Below the pieces are notes generated by a model. The model was given only the letters and a program-made list of their open reading frames with translations. It had not been told where the DNA came from and did not search any database. 64,000 bases of DNA, from positions 49,161 to 113,160 of IMG/VR virus record IMGVR_UViG_3300045922_000293. One strand, given 5' to 3'. Source of the DNA: a virus. The translations under genes and the position numbers were made by a program. Below, in pieces: positions 9,134 through 18,547 of this stretch; the stretch's first letter is position 1; each line of letters begins with the position of its first letter.

Positions 9134-10078
9134 ATGTTTTATCCTATGTATCAAAAGCCTGTGAGCGTGCAGAAGAGCTTATCCGTTATATCTGTAGAGT
9201 CTACCGCGTTTGATGTGCTGGCTAGTGAGGGTCGTATTGCCTCGGAAAGATTAACCTCGCAGATGCTTTATCCTAATATGCCTCTCATCGTGATCTGTGA
9301 GGAGAACGGGCAGAAGCATTCTTTACTGGCCATTGCGCTGAAAGAAGAAGATAAGGAAAAGCGTACAATTACGGTACATAAGGTGTCACATGGCAAAGAC
9401 GGCGGGAGTGTTAACGGGATCAAACCCCGTAATAAAGAGCAGAGCTTGTTATTAGCTCTGCTCCAAATGATGCATGTGCGAGTGCTTGTCGTCACAGGTC
9501 CGGCGGGTACGGGTAAGAGCTTGTGTATTGCAGCGCATGCTTTTGAGGTGATCAGTAAGACCAAAGATATGAAGTTGGTCTTGACGAAGCCCTTAGAGAT
9601 CGTGACGGGGACGCGTTTTTGGGGTACCATGCCCGGAAATGCAGATGAGAAGTTTGAGCCTTTTCTTAAATCTTTTTCAGTTCTCTTTGAGTCCATCTCG
9701 CCAAGGGGTGCGAGTACCCGTGAATATGTGGATGGATTGTTAAAGAGCAAGCGCATCGAATTCTATCCCTTAGAAGTGATGCGCGGGGTGTCTCACCGAA
9801 ATAGTTATGTGTGGTATGATGAAGCGCAAAACATGGATTGTCATGAAATGCTTACATTAGGATCACGCATTGATGATGTGGGACAGAGCCGTCTTGTTTT
9901 ATCAGGTGATTTGTATCAACAGGATCGTCATATCGCCCGTCCTGAAACAGGCTTGCACCACCTTGTGACCTCAAAGCATTTCTTGGAGTCCCCTCACACG
10001 GCACACATGGATCTCAATAAGATTGAGCGGGGCGTCGTGTGTCAGCTATTCCATGATATCTTCAGTGGTCTCGCCTAG
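9134..10078 (+). CDS. phoH: PhoH-family ATPase
   Basis: PRN.EQ, GPAGTGKS, G.MPG...EKF.PF, MRG.S, DEAQN, GD..Q.D. Confidence 0.9.
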   Translation: MFYPMYQKPVSVQKSLSVISVESTAFDVLASEGRIASERLTSQMLYPNMPLIVICEENGQKHSLLAIALKEEDKEKRTITVHKVSHGKDGGSVNGIKPRNKEQSLLLALLQMMHVRVLVVTGPAGTGKSLCIAAHAFEVISKTKDMKLVLTKPLEIVTGTRFWGTMPGNADEKFEPFLKSFSVLFESISPRGASTREYVDGLLKSKRIEFYPLEVMRGVSHRNSYVWYDEAQNMDCHEMLTLGSRIDDVGQSRLVLSGDLYQQDRHIARPETGLHHLVTSKHFLESPHTAHMDLNKIERGVVCQLFHDIFSGLA

Positions 10079-10247
10079 ACATGATCCGATCTTAGATCGT
10101 CTTTCGCGAAATTCCTTTTAATACCCCACCGTGTTTAAAGCCTTCGTGTAAGAAGGTCTTTTTATCAAGCCGCTATCTTTGCCATACGGCAAAGAATCCG
10201 GATATGATTTTAAAAGTGAATAGATAAAAGCGAAGGACTTGACGCCC

Positions 10248-13200
10248 ATGAGTATTTTCCCTACCTATGCTCCTCCCGGTGTATACACACAGACGCGCGC
10301 ACAGCAAGATGCGAGTGGCCCTCCCAATGGCCTCCGTCTCCCCGTGTTTATCGGTACGGGCAAAGAGACGTTGCGTCGCGTCAACCTAGAGCTGATTAGG
10401 GGTTCTTCTGTACAAGCGGATCAGCGCATTAATCGTGAGTCTGTCGCGGAGCGCGCTATTATAGCACAGACGGGCGAGACCACTTTCGTGCTAGGTGCGT
10501 TTGATGGTGTCACGAATCGTATTCAGGTTTTGAATTTTCCGATTACGAATGGGAGCGGCCAGGGCCTTCCGAGCAATAATGTGGCGGATGTGGTTGTGAC
10601 GGTGAACGGCATCCCCGTCCGTCCCGCCGGAATGCGCGGCGCGTTAGGTGTGATCACGCTTCAAATTCCCCCGTTGCCCGGTGATGATGTGCGCGTGACG
10701 TACTCGTTCAAGCGCACGGACACCCTCATCACAGATGATCTCAGTGCTCAGGTCACCACCCAACCCGCTCGATTGTTTGGTGCTTTGCCTGAACCTTATA
10801 CGATTGTATCAGGCGTCAATGACACCCTGATTTTGATCGTTGATGGTGTGACACATACCCGCACCTTACCTGCTGTGACGGGTATCACGGCTTCGGATCT
10901 TGCGGTACAAATCAATGGCTTGCTTATCCCCGGTTTGACGGTGTTTGCGGATACTGATAATAGGGGTCAGGGCCGTCTTGTGTTCGAGGCAGCGCAGGGG
11001 ATCCTTATCGGGGCGGGAACCGCAAACGGGGTGCTAGGATTCATCACGGGACAGCGTACAAGGCGCAATCAGGTATTCTTCACGAATCAGGGGCCGATTG
11101 TGGATGGTCGTAACGGCGGCATCACGACGACGGACCCAACAGATGTGAGCGTGCGCGTGGACAACGTGCCTGTCATTCCCCTTGCGGTGGATGGGACAAA
11201 CTACTCAGTCACGTTGCCCTTTGCACCAGCGCCGGGGGCTCGGGTTGAAATCACCTATTTCTTTAATGCTTGGCAAGACACGTTTGACTACCTTCCTGAT
11301 ACGGGAGTCACGAATGTGCTTCAGGTGGGAAACATCCCCGACAAGCGCGATTATCGTGAAGAGCTTGATTATGTGGTCCTAAATGATCGCATCCTATGGG
11401 GTGCCGCGACGAATATCATGTCGGGTGTGAACACGGGGGGCACGGATCCTTTCGGATCGGAGCAGATCTCAACGCTTCTGATCGATAACCGTATGTATCT
11501 AGAGCGCGCGACAAGATTTGTGGATCGTTCCGTAAGCCCCGCCCGCGAGTCGAATACGACGTTTATTCTTGAAAATATTCCCACGCTAGGTAATGGGCGG
11601 GATACGCCACTGAATCTTGACGTCTTTCATGCGGTCGCCAACGATCGTATTCAGGTGCCCTCAAATCGAACGGATTTGATTCAAGTCTTTACAGGCCCCA
11701 ACTTATCGAGTGCTCTGCTTGAAGGCCCGAGAAGCGTTGTGCGTGTTACGGCGACAAATCGTAGGGTGACATTAGCGGAGCCAATCCCACCTGATCATTT
11801 CATTTGGGTGTCTTATTACTATAATCGTCTGCGTGATGATCGTTATACGCTAGAGGTGCAGACGCAGACTTCGGGTCTTATTCCGGGCCAGTACACGGTC
11901 ACGTCACGACTCCAGGGTCAACGCTTGTATGATGTGCGTTTTGGTACGACAACTTCTAGCGTGCCGATTGCATGGCCCTCCGGTGTTGAGACGGATCCTG
12001 ACGGGTTCATTGTAGGAGGTCAGGGGCGTAATGAAACCGTGACGGTCACATTTACGCAGATTCCTGCCACCCCCGCAATTCTCACGAATACGTCAACGGG
12101 GCCTTATGACCTGTATGCGACTTTATCAGATCGGCTTTATATCAATGTATCAGGGACGCCGACTACAACGAATTTGAATCAGCCCGCTCCGGGCACCCTT
12201 GTGAGCGGCGCGCATCCTTCTGCAACATTGTTCACCTTTACCCCTTCAAATAACGTCTTCTCTTTTGAGCTGGATGGGGTGGTGTTCAATGCGAATATTC
12301 CCGCAGGTGTGTACACGGGTCCGCAGATTGTTGAGCGTATGAATCGCGCCGCGTTGCCCTTATCTACCGTGACGGCGGGCATTGCACAGCCTTATGATAT
12401 TATCTCACAGGTGCAAGGCACGAATGCCGCGCCGTTTGATATCTTCTCGCAGATCACGGGGTCACAAGTTGGGCCGTTCAATATCTTCGCAGCGGTGCAA
12501 GGTACGAACGCGGGGCCTTTTGATATCTTTGCAGAGATTCTTGGGACGAATGTGGGGCCTTTTGATACGTTCGCGACGCTGACCACGCCTAGCTCCGAGC
12601 CTTTTGATACCACACTCGGCAATCATGTTTTTGATCTTACGGTCAACGGTGTCCCTGTAAGCGTCAACCTCACGGTGGGCGCGGCAGAGACGGCGGCTAC
12701 CCTGATCGCGGATATTACCGCCGAGCTGACGCTTCAAGGCTTAAATGTCGGGCCTTTGACCTTCCCCACTACAAATGATGTGGAGGTCTTGAATCAGGCG
12801 GGTGCAATTGAAATACGCGCAACAGATTCAGTGGTCATCGGCGCAGGTACGGCGAACACACCTTTTGGTTTTGTAGGCGGCGAGACGAGTAACGCTGTGG
12901 TGAATTTTGACGTTGAAATTAACGGCACAGGTGTGAATGCGATTCTACAGGGAGCGGCGGCTGTGCCAACATCAGCGGTGATTACCGCGTTGAGCGCAGC
13001 GGCGACCGCAGCGGCATTCAATGTGGGCCCACTCAATGTATTGACAAATGATGTGGTGTTTGAAAACATTGCGGGGGCGGTGCGTATCCGATCAACCAAC
13101 ACCGTCGAGATCGGATTGCAGACGATCACTAACACCCTTCTCGGCTTTGCAGACGCAGATCTTGACCGAGCGGATAATGCACTTGAGTTCAATATTGATG

Positions 13201-16200
13201 TAAACGCCGCCCCCATCGCTGTCCCTGTAACATTGCGAGGTGGTATCGCGATCCCCACAAGCCGTATCGCGGAAGATGTCAATGATGCGATTGCGTTAGC
13301 GGGCCTGACTCAGGGACCATTGACGACACTCACGAATCAAGCCCATGCTCTTGTGGGCCCGGGGCAAACGCTACGCATTGAAGTGAAAGAGTCGATCACT
13401 GTGCTTGCGGAGACTGCAAACGGTGCGCTTGGTCTAGTGCCCGCTACGATCACCGCCCCGAATGTGTTTGACTTCACTGTCAATACCATTCCTGTCACAG
13501 CCTCTTTACTTGGGAATGCGGCGGGCCGTCATGTTCCCGCTGCAAATATTGCGACAGCACTGAACGCTGCCGCAGCTTTGGCGGGTGTGACCGTGGGCGT
13601 GCTTACGGTCCCCGGTAATGATTTTGATGCGGCGGTGTTAGCGGCTTCTATTCTACAGCTTCAGGCCACGCAGAATATCACGATCGGCGCGGGGACCGCT
13701 AACCCCGTATTAGGCTTTACCAATCTCGCTACAGCATCCTCCCCCAATACGTTTGACCTTGAAGTGAACGGCACCCCCGTCACGGTCTTGTTTAACGGGG
13801 GGAGGGGTATTGCTGCGTCACAGATTCAAACCGAGATCGAGGCTGCTTTGATCAGCTCTTTGATTGTGGTAGGGGACGTGAGTGTGAGTGGTAATGAGGC
13901 GGATGTGAGTGTTCAGAACGGGCGTGTCCGTATCAGGGCGAGGGACTCTGTTGAGGTGCTTGCAGGGAATGCCAACCCTGTGTTAGGATTTGCAGACAAC
14001 ACGGCGGTCACCACCTCAGATCAGCTCACCTTTATCATGAATGGTGTCCCCGTCAACGTCACATTAAATCGTCTTGCGAATCAAAGTGCCCTCTCTATTG
14101 CTGCCCAGATCAATGCTCAAGCGGTCGTGGCAGGTCTCAATGTGGGCCCAATCACGACACCGGGATTTGAGGCGCAGGCGGTGAGCGTCAACGGGCGTCT
14201 ACAGGTGCAAGCGTATCAGGATCTTGAGGTAGTTGCGGCGTCAGCGAACGGGATTTTTGGTCTTGTGCCTAGTGTGCTGCCCTCCAATGTGGAATTTGCA
14301 AAATATCGATCGGGCCTCAATACGGATCGATTCTTGATCCGATCCCGTGTACTCCCCACCAATCCCTCACAGGTAAGCCGTATCCGTATCCTGAGCGGAA
14401 CCGCAAATGCAACGCTTCTGTTTACCCCGTTTGCGGATGCCACGGGAACAGAGCGCGCGGTCAACAAGCCCGCTACGGTGATTGGTACGAATGTGACTCC
14501 TTTGCAAATTCAGAATCTTGCACTTCAAAATCCTGTCTTGCGTGTACGCTTGCAGGGGTCTGAATTTCAAGTCACGGGCTTTACGCTTGTCACGAACTTA
14601 GCGGATGTGGCCAACGTCATCAACACCGTGATCGCAGGGGCGGGCAGTGTGACAGTGGAGGGTCAGCGTTTGCGTGTGACCAGTGCGGTGGATACCCCCG
14701 ACAGCCTTGTGGAGATCGTGCCTGCTCCCGCCAATAGTTTCTTAGGATTTACGGGAACGGAGCGCGGGGTGTTGCGACGAGTCGCCGCATCAGAAGTGGC
14801 AGCGGTCCTCAATTGGCAGTCTTTAGACTGGCTCGCGCCCTCGGCTACAGACTTCAATGGTCAAGCCTTTGCGGATGTGTTGGGTGTTCAGGGTCAAGGG
14901 TCATTCTTGCGTATGACCACGTTTGAGGAAGGCGCGCTCCGCTCTCTTCTGATCGCGACGGGTGTACAGGATGCCACCAATGATACGGTGATTGGTCTAC
15001 AGCCTGGGGATAATGCTAGCGGTACAGATCCTATTGACGGGTTTCATGTCACGTCAAACATCCCGAATGGGTCAAGCGGTCATGGTACGGTGGGGCGAAC
15101 CTATACGGATGCCGTCACGGGGCTCAGGTTCACGGTCCTCGCTCCTACAGGTGGGGCTTATGTAGTAGGTGAGAGTTTTACTCTTGTTGTGTCGGACACA
15201 TTCTTGACGGGAGCAAGACCAACACAGGCGATGCCTGGCCTTGAGACGATTGTGACCACTACGGCTGGCGTAGGCGTTCTTGATACGGGTATTCTCGACT
15301 CTTATGATGGGGGTGGCTTTGAGCCCCGTGTCAATGATTTTTATTACATGTCTTATGACTATGTAAAGCCTGATTTCGACATACGCTTGTTCACTTCATT
15401 AGCGGATGTGATTGCGGAGTATGGGGATCTAGACGTAGATAATGCTTTGACTGTGGCGGCATTCTTGGCTTTCCAGAATGGTGCTAGCGTGATTGCATGC
15501 AAGCAGGTTGTGCGTCAGCCCGGACTTGATCAGGCATCCTCTACAGCTTATATTCAAGCGATTCAGGATCTGGAGAAACCTTTAGCGGGGGGCATTAACG
15601 CGGATGTGATTGTCCCTCTCACGTTTGATCTTAATGTGTTCAATGCCGCCGTGAGATCGGCGGAGGTACAATCCTCTATCCGCTATCGTCAAGAGCGTTC
15701 CTGCATCTTCGGTGTAGCCTCGGGTGTACGCCCGCAAGAGGCGCAGGCATTGGCGCGGGGGCTTCGCTCAGAGAGGGCGGTGATCGTGTACCCCGATTCA
15801 TTGATTATCTCCTTGCCGGATGCATTAGGCATATCACGTCAGTTTGTTGTGGATGGAGTGTTTGCTGCCGCTGCTTTCGCGGGTCTTAGTGTGTCACCTC
15901 AATTTGATATTGCGGAGCCAATGACCCGCAAGAGTATTGCAGGTTTTGATCGCTTGAATCGATCCCTTGATGAGATCGAGAAGAATAGTCTCGCTATTGA
16001 CGGTGTGACGGTTCTTGAAGATAATGGAGGATCGGTGCGTGTGCGACATAGCCGTACGACGGATCCTTCAAGTGTATTTACGTCAGAACCAAGCGTTGTA
16101 GCGATCAAAGACTTTGTTCAGATCCGAACCCGACGGGTATTGGATCGCTATATTGGTCAGAAGTTCTTGATCAGCCGTGCAGCGGATGTGGAAACCACCC

Positions 16201-16373
16201 TATCGGGCTTGCTCAATTCTCTTGTGGACTCTGAGATCATTAGGGGATTTGGTGGGGTGAGCGCCGTCCCCAGTCCGATTGATCCTACGGCGCTTGAAGT
16301 GGTAGCATTTTACAGCCCAGTCTTTCCTCTGAATTTCATCCGCCTCACATTTACCCTCCGATCCTCAACCTAA
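10248..16373 (+). CDS. giant contractile tail sheath protein (~2,040 aa) with nested inserted domains
   Basis: N-terminal YAPPGVYT and P.FIG.G; C-terminal sheath core (EYG...AFLAFQNGA, R.ER...G, GF..L....D..EKN.LA..GV.VL, YIGQK, FYSPVFPLNFI..TF); AAGGA before ATG 10248. Confidence 0.9.
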   Translation: MSIFPTYAPPGVYTQTRAQQDASGPPNGLRLPVFIGTGKETLRRVNLELIRGSSVQADQRINRESVAERAIIAQTGETTFVLGAFDGVTNRIQVLNFPITNGSGQGLPSNNVADVVVTVNGIPVRPAGMRGALGVITLQIPPLPGDDVRVTYSFKRTDTLITDDLSAQVTTQPARLFGALPEPYTIVSGVNDTLILIVDGVTHTRTLPAVTGITASDLAVQINGLLIPGLTVFADTDNRGQGRLVFEAAQGILIGAGTANGVLGFITGQRTRRNQVFFTNQGPIVDGRNGGITTTDPTDVSVRVDNVPVIPLAVDGTNYSVTLPFAPAPGARVEITYFFNAWQDTFDYLPDTGVTNVLQVGNIPDKRDYREELDYVVLNDRILWGAATNIMSGVNTGGTDPFGSEQISTLLIDNRMYLERATRFVDRSVSPARESNTTFILENIPTLGNGRDTPLNLDVFHAVANDRIQVPSNRTDLIQVFTGPNLSSALLEGPRSVVRVTATNRRVTLAEPIPPDHFIWVSYYYNRLRDDRYTLEVQTQTSGLIPGQYTVTSRLQGQRLYDVRFGTTTSSVPIAWPSGVETDPDGFIVGGQGRNETVTVTFTQIPATPAILTNTSTGPYDLYATLSDRLYINVSGTPTTTNLNQPAPGTLVSGAHPSATLFTFTPSNNVFSFELDGVVFNANIPAGVYTGPQIVERMNRAALPLSTVTAGIAQPYDIISQVQGTNAAPFDIFSQITGSQVGPFNIFAAVQGTNAGPFDIFAEILGTNVGPFDTFATLTTPSSEPFDTTLGNHVFDLTVNGVPVSVNLTVGAAETAATLIADITAELTLQGLNVGPLTFPTTNDVEVLNQAGAIEIRATDSVVIGAGTANTPFGFVGGETSNAVVNFDVEINGTGVNAILQGAAAVPTSAVITALSAAATAAAFNVGPLNVLTNDVVFENIAGAVRIRSTNTVEIGLQTITNTLLGFADADLDRADNALEFNIDVNAAPIAVPVTLRGGIAIPTSRIAEDVNDAIALAGLTQGPLTTLTNQAHALVGPGQTLRIEVKESITVLAETANGALGLVPATITAPNVFDFTVNTIPVTASLLGNAAGRHVPAANIATALNAAAALAGVTVGVLTVPGNDFDAAVLAASILQLQATQNITIGAGTANPVLGFTNLATASSPNTFDLEVNGTPVTVLFNGGRGIAASQIQTEIEAALISSLIVVGDVSVSGNEADVSVQNGRVRIRARDSVEVLAGNANPVLGFADNTAVTTSDQLTFIMNGVPVNVTLNRLANQSALSIAAQINAQAVVAGLNVGPITTPGFEAQAVSVNGRLQVQAYQDLEVVAASANGIFGLVPSVLPSNVEFAKYRSGLNTDRFLIRSRVLPTNPSQVSRIRILSGTANATLLFTPFADATGTERAVNKPATVIGTNVTPLQIQNLALQNPVLRVRLQGSEFQVTGFTLVTNLADVANVINTVIAGAGSVTVEGQRLRVTSAVDTPDSLVEIVPAPANSFLGFTGTERGVLRRVAASEVAAVLNWQSLDWLAPSATDFNGQAFADVLGVQGQGSFLRMTTFEEGALRSLLIATGVQDATNDTVIGLQPGDNASGTDPIDGFHVTSNIPNGSSGHGTVGRTYTDAVTGLRFTVLAPTGGAYVVGESFTLVVSDTFLTGARPTQAMPGLETIVTTTAGVGVLDTGILDSYDGGGFEPRVNDFYYMSYDYVKPDFDIRLFTSLADVIAEYGDLDVDNALTVAAFLAFQNGASVIACKQVVRQPGLDQASSTAYIQAIQDLEKPLAGGINADVIVPLTFDLNVFNAAVRSAEVQSSIRYRQERSCIFGVASGVRPQEAQALARGLRSERAVIVYPDSLIISLPDALGISRQFVVDGVFAAAAFAGLSVSPQFDIAEPMTRKSIAGFDRLNRSLDEIEKNSLAIDGVTVLEDNGGSVRVRHSRTTDPSSVFTSEPSVVAIKDFVQIRTRRVLDRYIGQKFLISRAADVETTLSGLLNSLVDSEIIRGFGGVSAVPSPIDPTALEVVAFYSPVFPLNFIRLTFTLRSST
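12363..12614 (+). repeat. six degenerate 42-bp (14-aa) tandem repeats inside the sheath gene
   Basis: STVTAGIAQPYDII / SQVQGTNAAPFDIF / SQITGSQVGPFNIF / AAVQGTNAGPFDIF / AEILGTNVGPFDTF / ATLTTPSSEPFDTT. Confidence 0.9.
12615..14280 (+). repeat. six ~90-95-aa degenerate domain repeats inside the sheath gene
   Basis: Each unit: F-x-x-x-(V/I)N(G), then a helix (IA..IN.A), G(L/V)NVGP, (L/V)RI.A...V.I, (T/S)AN..LG(F/L). Confidence 0.85.
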
Positions 16374-16456
16374 AGCCTATTTGAAAGCCCTCAAATCGAA
16401 CCTAGCTAGATCTTGGCTACATCCTAATTGTCCCCCACAAAAATCATACTTTAGAC

Positions 16457-16485
16457 TTGAAAAGTATGTGTGAGCAGGGTATAAC
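16457..16485 (+). promoter_or_regulatory. sigma70-like promoter upstream of groEL
   Basis: TTGAAA-17 bp-TATAAC; both boxes overlap short inverted repeats. Confidence 0.6.
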
Positions 16486-16489
16486 CTGC

Positions 16490-16700
16490 TCGGGTCACTT
16501 TGAACCCTGATGAGTTGTTTAAGAGAGCGTTAAGGGTGTATTCCCACAGCGGAGCCCAAACGTATGTATCTTCTTGGGGGAATTGTGGCCAGCGCCGCTC
16601 CATGGTTGATCTTGTAAGTGAGGTCCTTCAACCATCCTCATGCTCAAGGGTGTAGGCTTGAGATAGGCCGTGCTTGGGCTAGAAGTTGTCTCCGGAGGGT
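16490..16700 (+). ncRNA. candidate structured leader or ncRNA before groEL
   Basis: No ORF of 60 aa or more; several nested complementary segments (see findings); no known family recognised. Confidence 0.3.
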
Positions 16701-16737
16701 GTGTAGAAGTTAGGAAGACGATGAAACATAAGAAGGA

Positions 16738-18384
16738 ATGAAGATGTCTAAAAAAACGATTGTGTATGGTGATGAGGCTAGGGCGAAGTTAGCAGCAGGT
16801 GTAGATACGATCGCCCAAGCAGTCGGCGTGACATTAGGGCCGCGCGGGCGGCATGTCATGATCGATCGTTTGGGAAATCCGCAAATCACGAAGGACGGAG
16901 TGACTGTAGCTCGTGAGGTAGAGCTCGACACACCTATTAGCCGCCTTGGGGCCCAAATGGCGCGGAACGCTTCCACAGCAACTGTAGCACAGAGCGGGGA
17001 TGGCACGACGACAACGATGATCTTGACACAAGCTATGGTCAAGAATGCGAGGAAGCTCTTGACGGGCAATAGTAGCTTATCCCCTGTTCTGATGCAGAAG
17101 GGCATGATGCGCGCGTCAACCCTCGGGGCGGATTTTTTGAGAAGTATCTCAAGAAAGGTGGAGAGCCCCGAGGAGATCGCCAAGATTGCCTCATTGTCGA
17201 GTAATGGGGATCACCATCTAGGGGCATTGATCGCGCAAGCCTGTGAGACGGCGGGGGAGGAAGGCGTGATCATGGTGGAAGAAGGTAAGGGGATTCAGAC
17301 GGTTTTGGAGTTTGAGGAAGGTTATTGTCTTGATCGCGGCTATTTTGATGTGATTTTTTGTGGGGATCCGTCAAAAACAGAGATTGAACTCGAAGATGCG
17401 TTTATCTTGATTTGTAATAAGAAGCTGACAGATGTCCATGAGAGCAAGCACGTGTTGCAATGGGTGGTCAGCATGGATCGCCCGCTTATCGTGATCGCTC
17501 ATGACTTTGGGGGTGACTTTTTAAAGGCGATGTATCAAAACAGCATCGCCAAAAATATCAATGTGGTGCCTGTTGTCGCCCCCTTATTTGGGGATAAGCG
17601 TGACATTCTTCTTGAGGACCTCGCGGTATTGACAGGCGGGATGGTGATTGATGATATGGCGGGGATCACATTTAAAAGTGTGGAGCCGCAGGATATGATC
17701 GGGATTGCGCATCATGTACGCGTCACGAAGACGCGGACGATCTTGTTTGACTGTACTTCGGATGCAGTCCGCTTAGAACAGCGCATTCGCCATGCTCAAC
17801 ATTTTGCAAGAACAAGCCCCAGCGAGTATGATAAAGAATTTCATCAACGCCGCGGATCTTATCTCGGGGGAGGCATGGCGATCATCCGCGTAGGCGCTCA
17901 GACTGAAGCGGAGATGAAGGCATATAAGGCCCGTGTGGAAGACGCCCTGGCTGCAACGAAGGCTGTGATCAAGGATGGCTTTGTGTTAGGCGGTGGTATG
18001 GCCTATTTAAAGACCTCAGAGTATCTCAAGGGTGTGTATCCCCAGATGAGCTTTGCCACGGAGGATGAGGAGGTTGGCTATCATCTTGTATGTGACGCTC
18101 TTGAAGCACCTCTCGTGAAACTTTTGGAGAATGCGCAGCTCAAGCAGCCTCATCGGATCTTGTATGCCGCGCAAGATTTAGGGTTTGAGGATGGTGCGGT
18201 CTATGACGTAGCACGGGGGGAATGGGTGGATGGGTATAGGGGAGGCATCATTGATCCAACGCTCGTGGTCCTGTCATCCCTGCATAATTCTGTGAGCACG
18301 GCATCCACGCTGATGATGGTGGAGGCCGTGATAGGCATCTCCGATATGGGTGAGTTTTCACCTTTTGGCATTGACCTTGCTTGA
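16738..18384 (+). CDS. groEL: GroEL-like (Cpn60) chaperonin
   Basis: TLGPRGR, TKDGVTVA, GDGTTT, DRGY, KARVEDAL, GIIDP; no GGM tail; no groES neighbour. Confidence 0.95.
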   Translation: MKMSKKTIVYGDEARAKLAAGVDTIAQAVGVTLGPRGRHVMIDRLGNPQITKDGVTVAREVELDTPISRLGAQMARNASTATVAQSGDGTTTTMILTQAMVKNARKLLTGNSSLSPVLMQKGMMRASTLGADFLRSISRKVESPEEIAKIASLSSNGDHHLGALIAQACETAGEEGVIMVEEGKGIQTVLEFEEGYCLDRGYFDVIFCGDPSKTEIELEDAFILICNKKLTDVHESKHVLQWVVSMDRPLIVIAHDFGGDFLKAMYQNSIAKNINVVPVVAPLFGDKRDILLEDLAVLTGGMVIDDMAGITFKSVEPQDMIGIAHHVRVTKTRTILFDCTSDAVRLEQRIRHAQHFARTSPSEYDKEFHQRRGSYLGGGMAIIRVGAQTEAEMKAYKARVEDALAATKAVIKDGFVLGGGMAYLKTSEYLKGVYPQMSFATEDEEVGYHLVCDALEAPLVKLLENAQLKQPHRILYAAQDLGFEDGAVYDVARGEWVDGYRGGIIDPTLVVLSSLHNSVSTASTLMMVEAVIGISDMGEFSPFGIDLA

Positions 18385-18514
18385 GGTATGCCGTAAGAAT
18401 GATGGGTTGTGCAGCCCCTCAGAGGAGGAGGAGGACATACTTAATCGTATGGATAAAATTTGGAAAAAGCTCACACTAGAAGAGAAATCTATCACATTTA
18501 CATCGAAGCTTTAG
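18350..18514 (+). CDS. possible small hypothetical protein (54 aa, GTG start overlapping the groEL end)
   Basis: Open frame ..EEEEDILNRMDKIWKKLTLEEK.. fills the gap; below the ORF-track cutoff. Confidence 0.35.
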   Translation: MSFHLLALTLLEVCRKNDGLCSPSEEEEDILNRMDKIWKKLTLEEKSITFTSKL

Positions 18515-18547
18515 ATGCTTCGATCCCATAGAAAGAAGGCATTATAG

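Noticed and set aside
4640-10125. TTTTAAT as a late promoter upstream of structural genes (~4648, ~4710, ~6780, ~10116)
   Set aside because: Too short and AT-rich, with inconsistent distance to start codons, to support without statistics.
12363-12614. CRISPR array or DGR template/variable repeat
   Set aside because: The repeats are in-frame, degenerate at synonymous sites and have no spacers; no cas or reverse transcriptase gene was seen.
16459-16520. Hammerhead ribozyme suggested by CTGATGAG at 16507
   Set aside because: No correctly placed GAAA with pairing stems II and III could be built in any permutation.
16440-16738. CIRCE element or sigma32 promoter upstream of groEL
   Set aside because: No TTAGCACTC-N9-GAGTGCTAA; CTTGAAA is present but has no CCCCAT -10 box, and a sigma70-type -10 fits at 17 bp.
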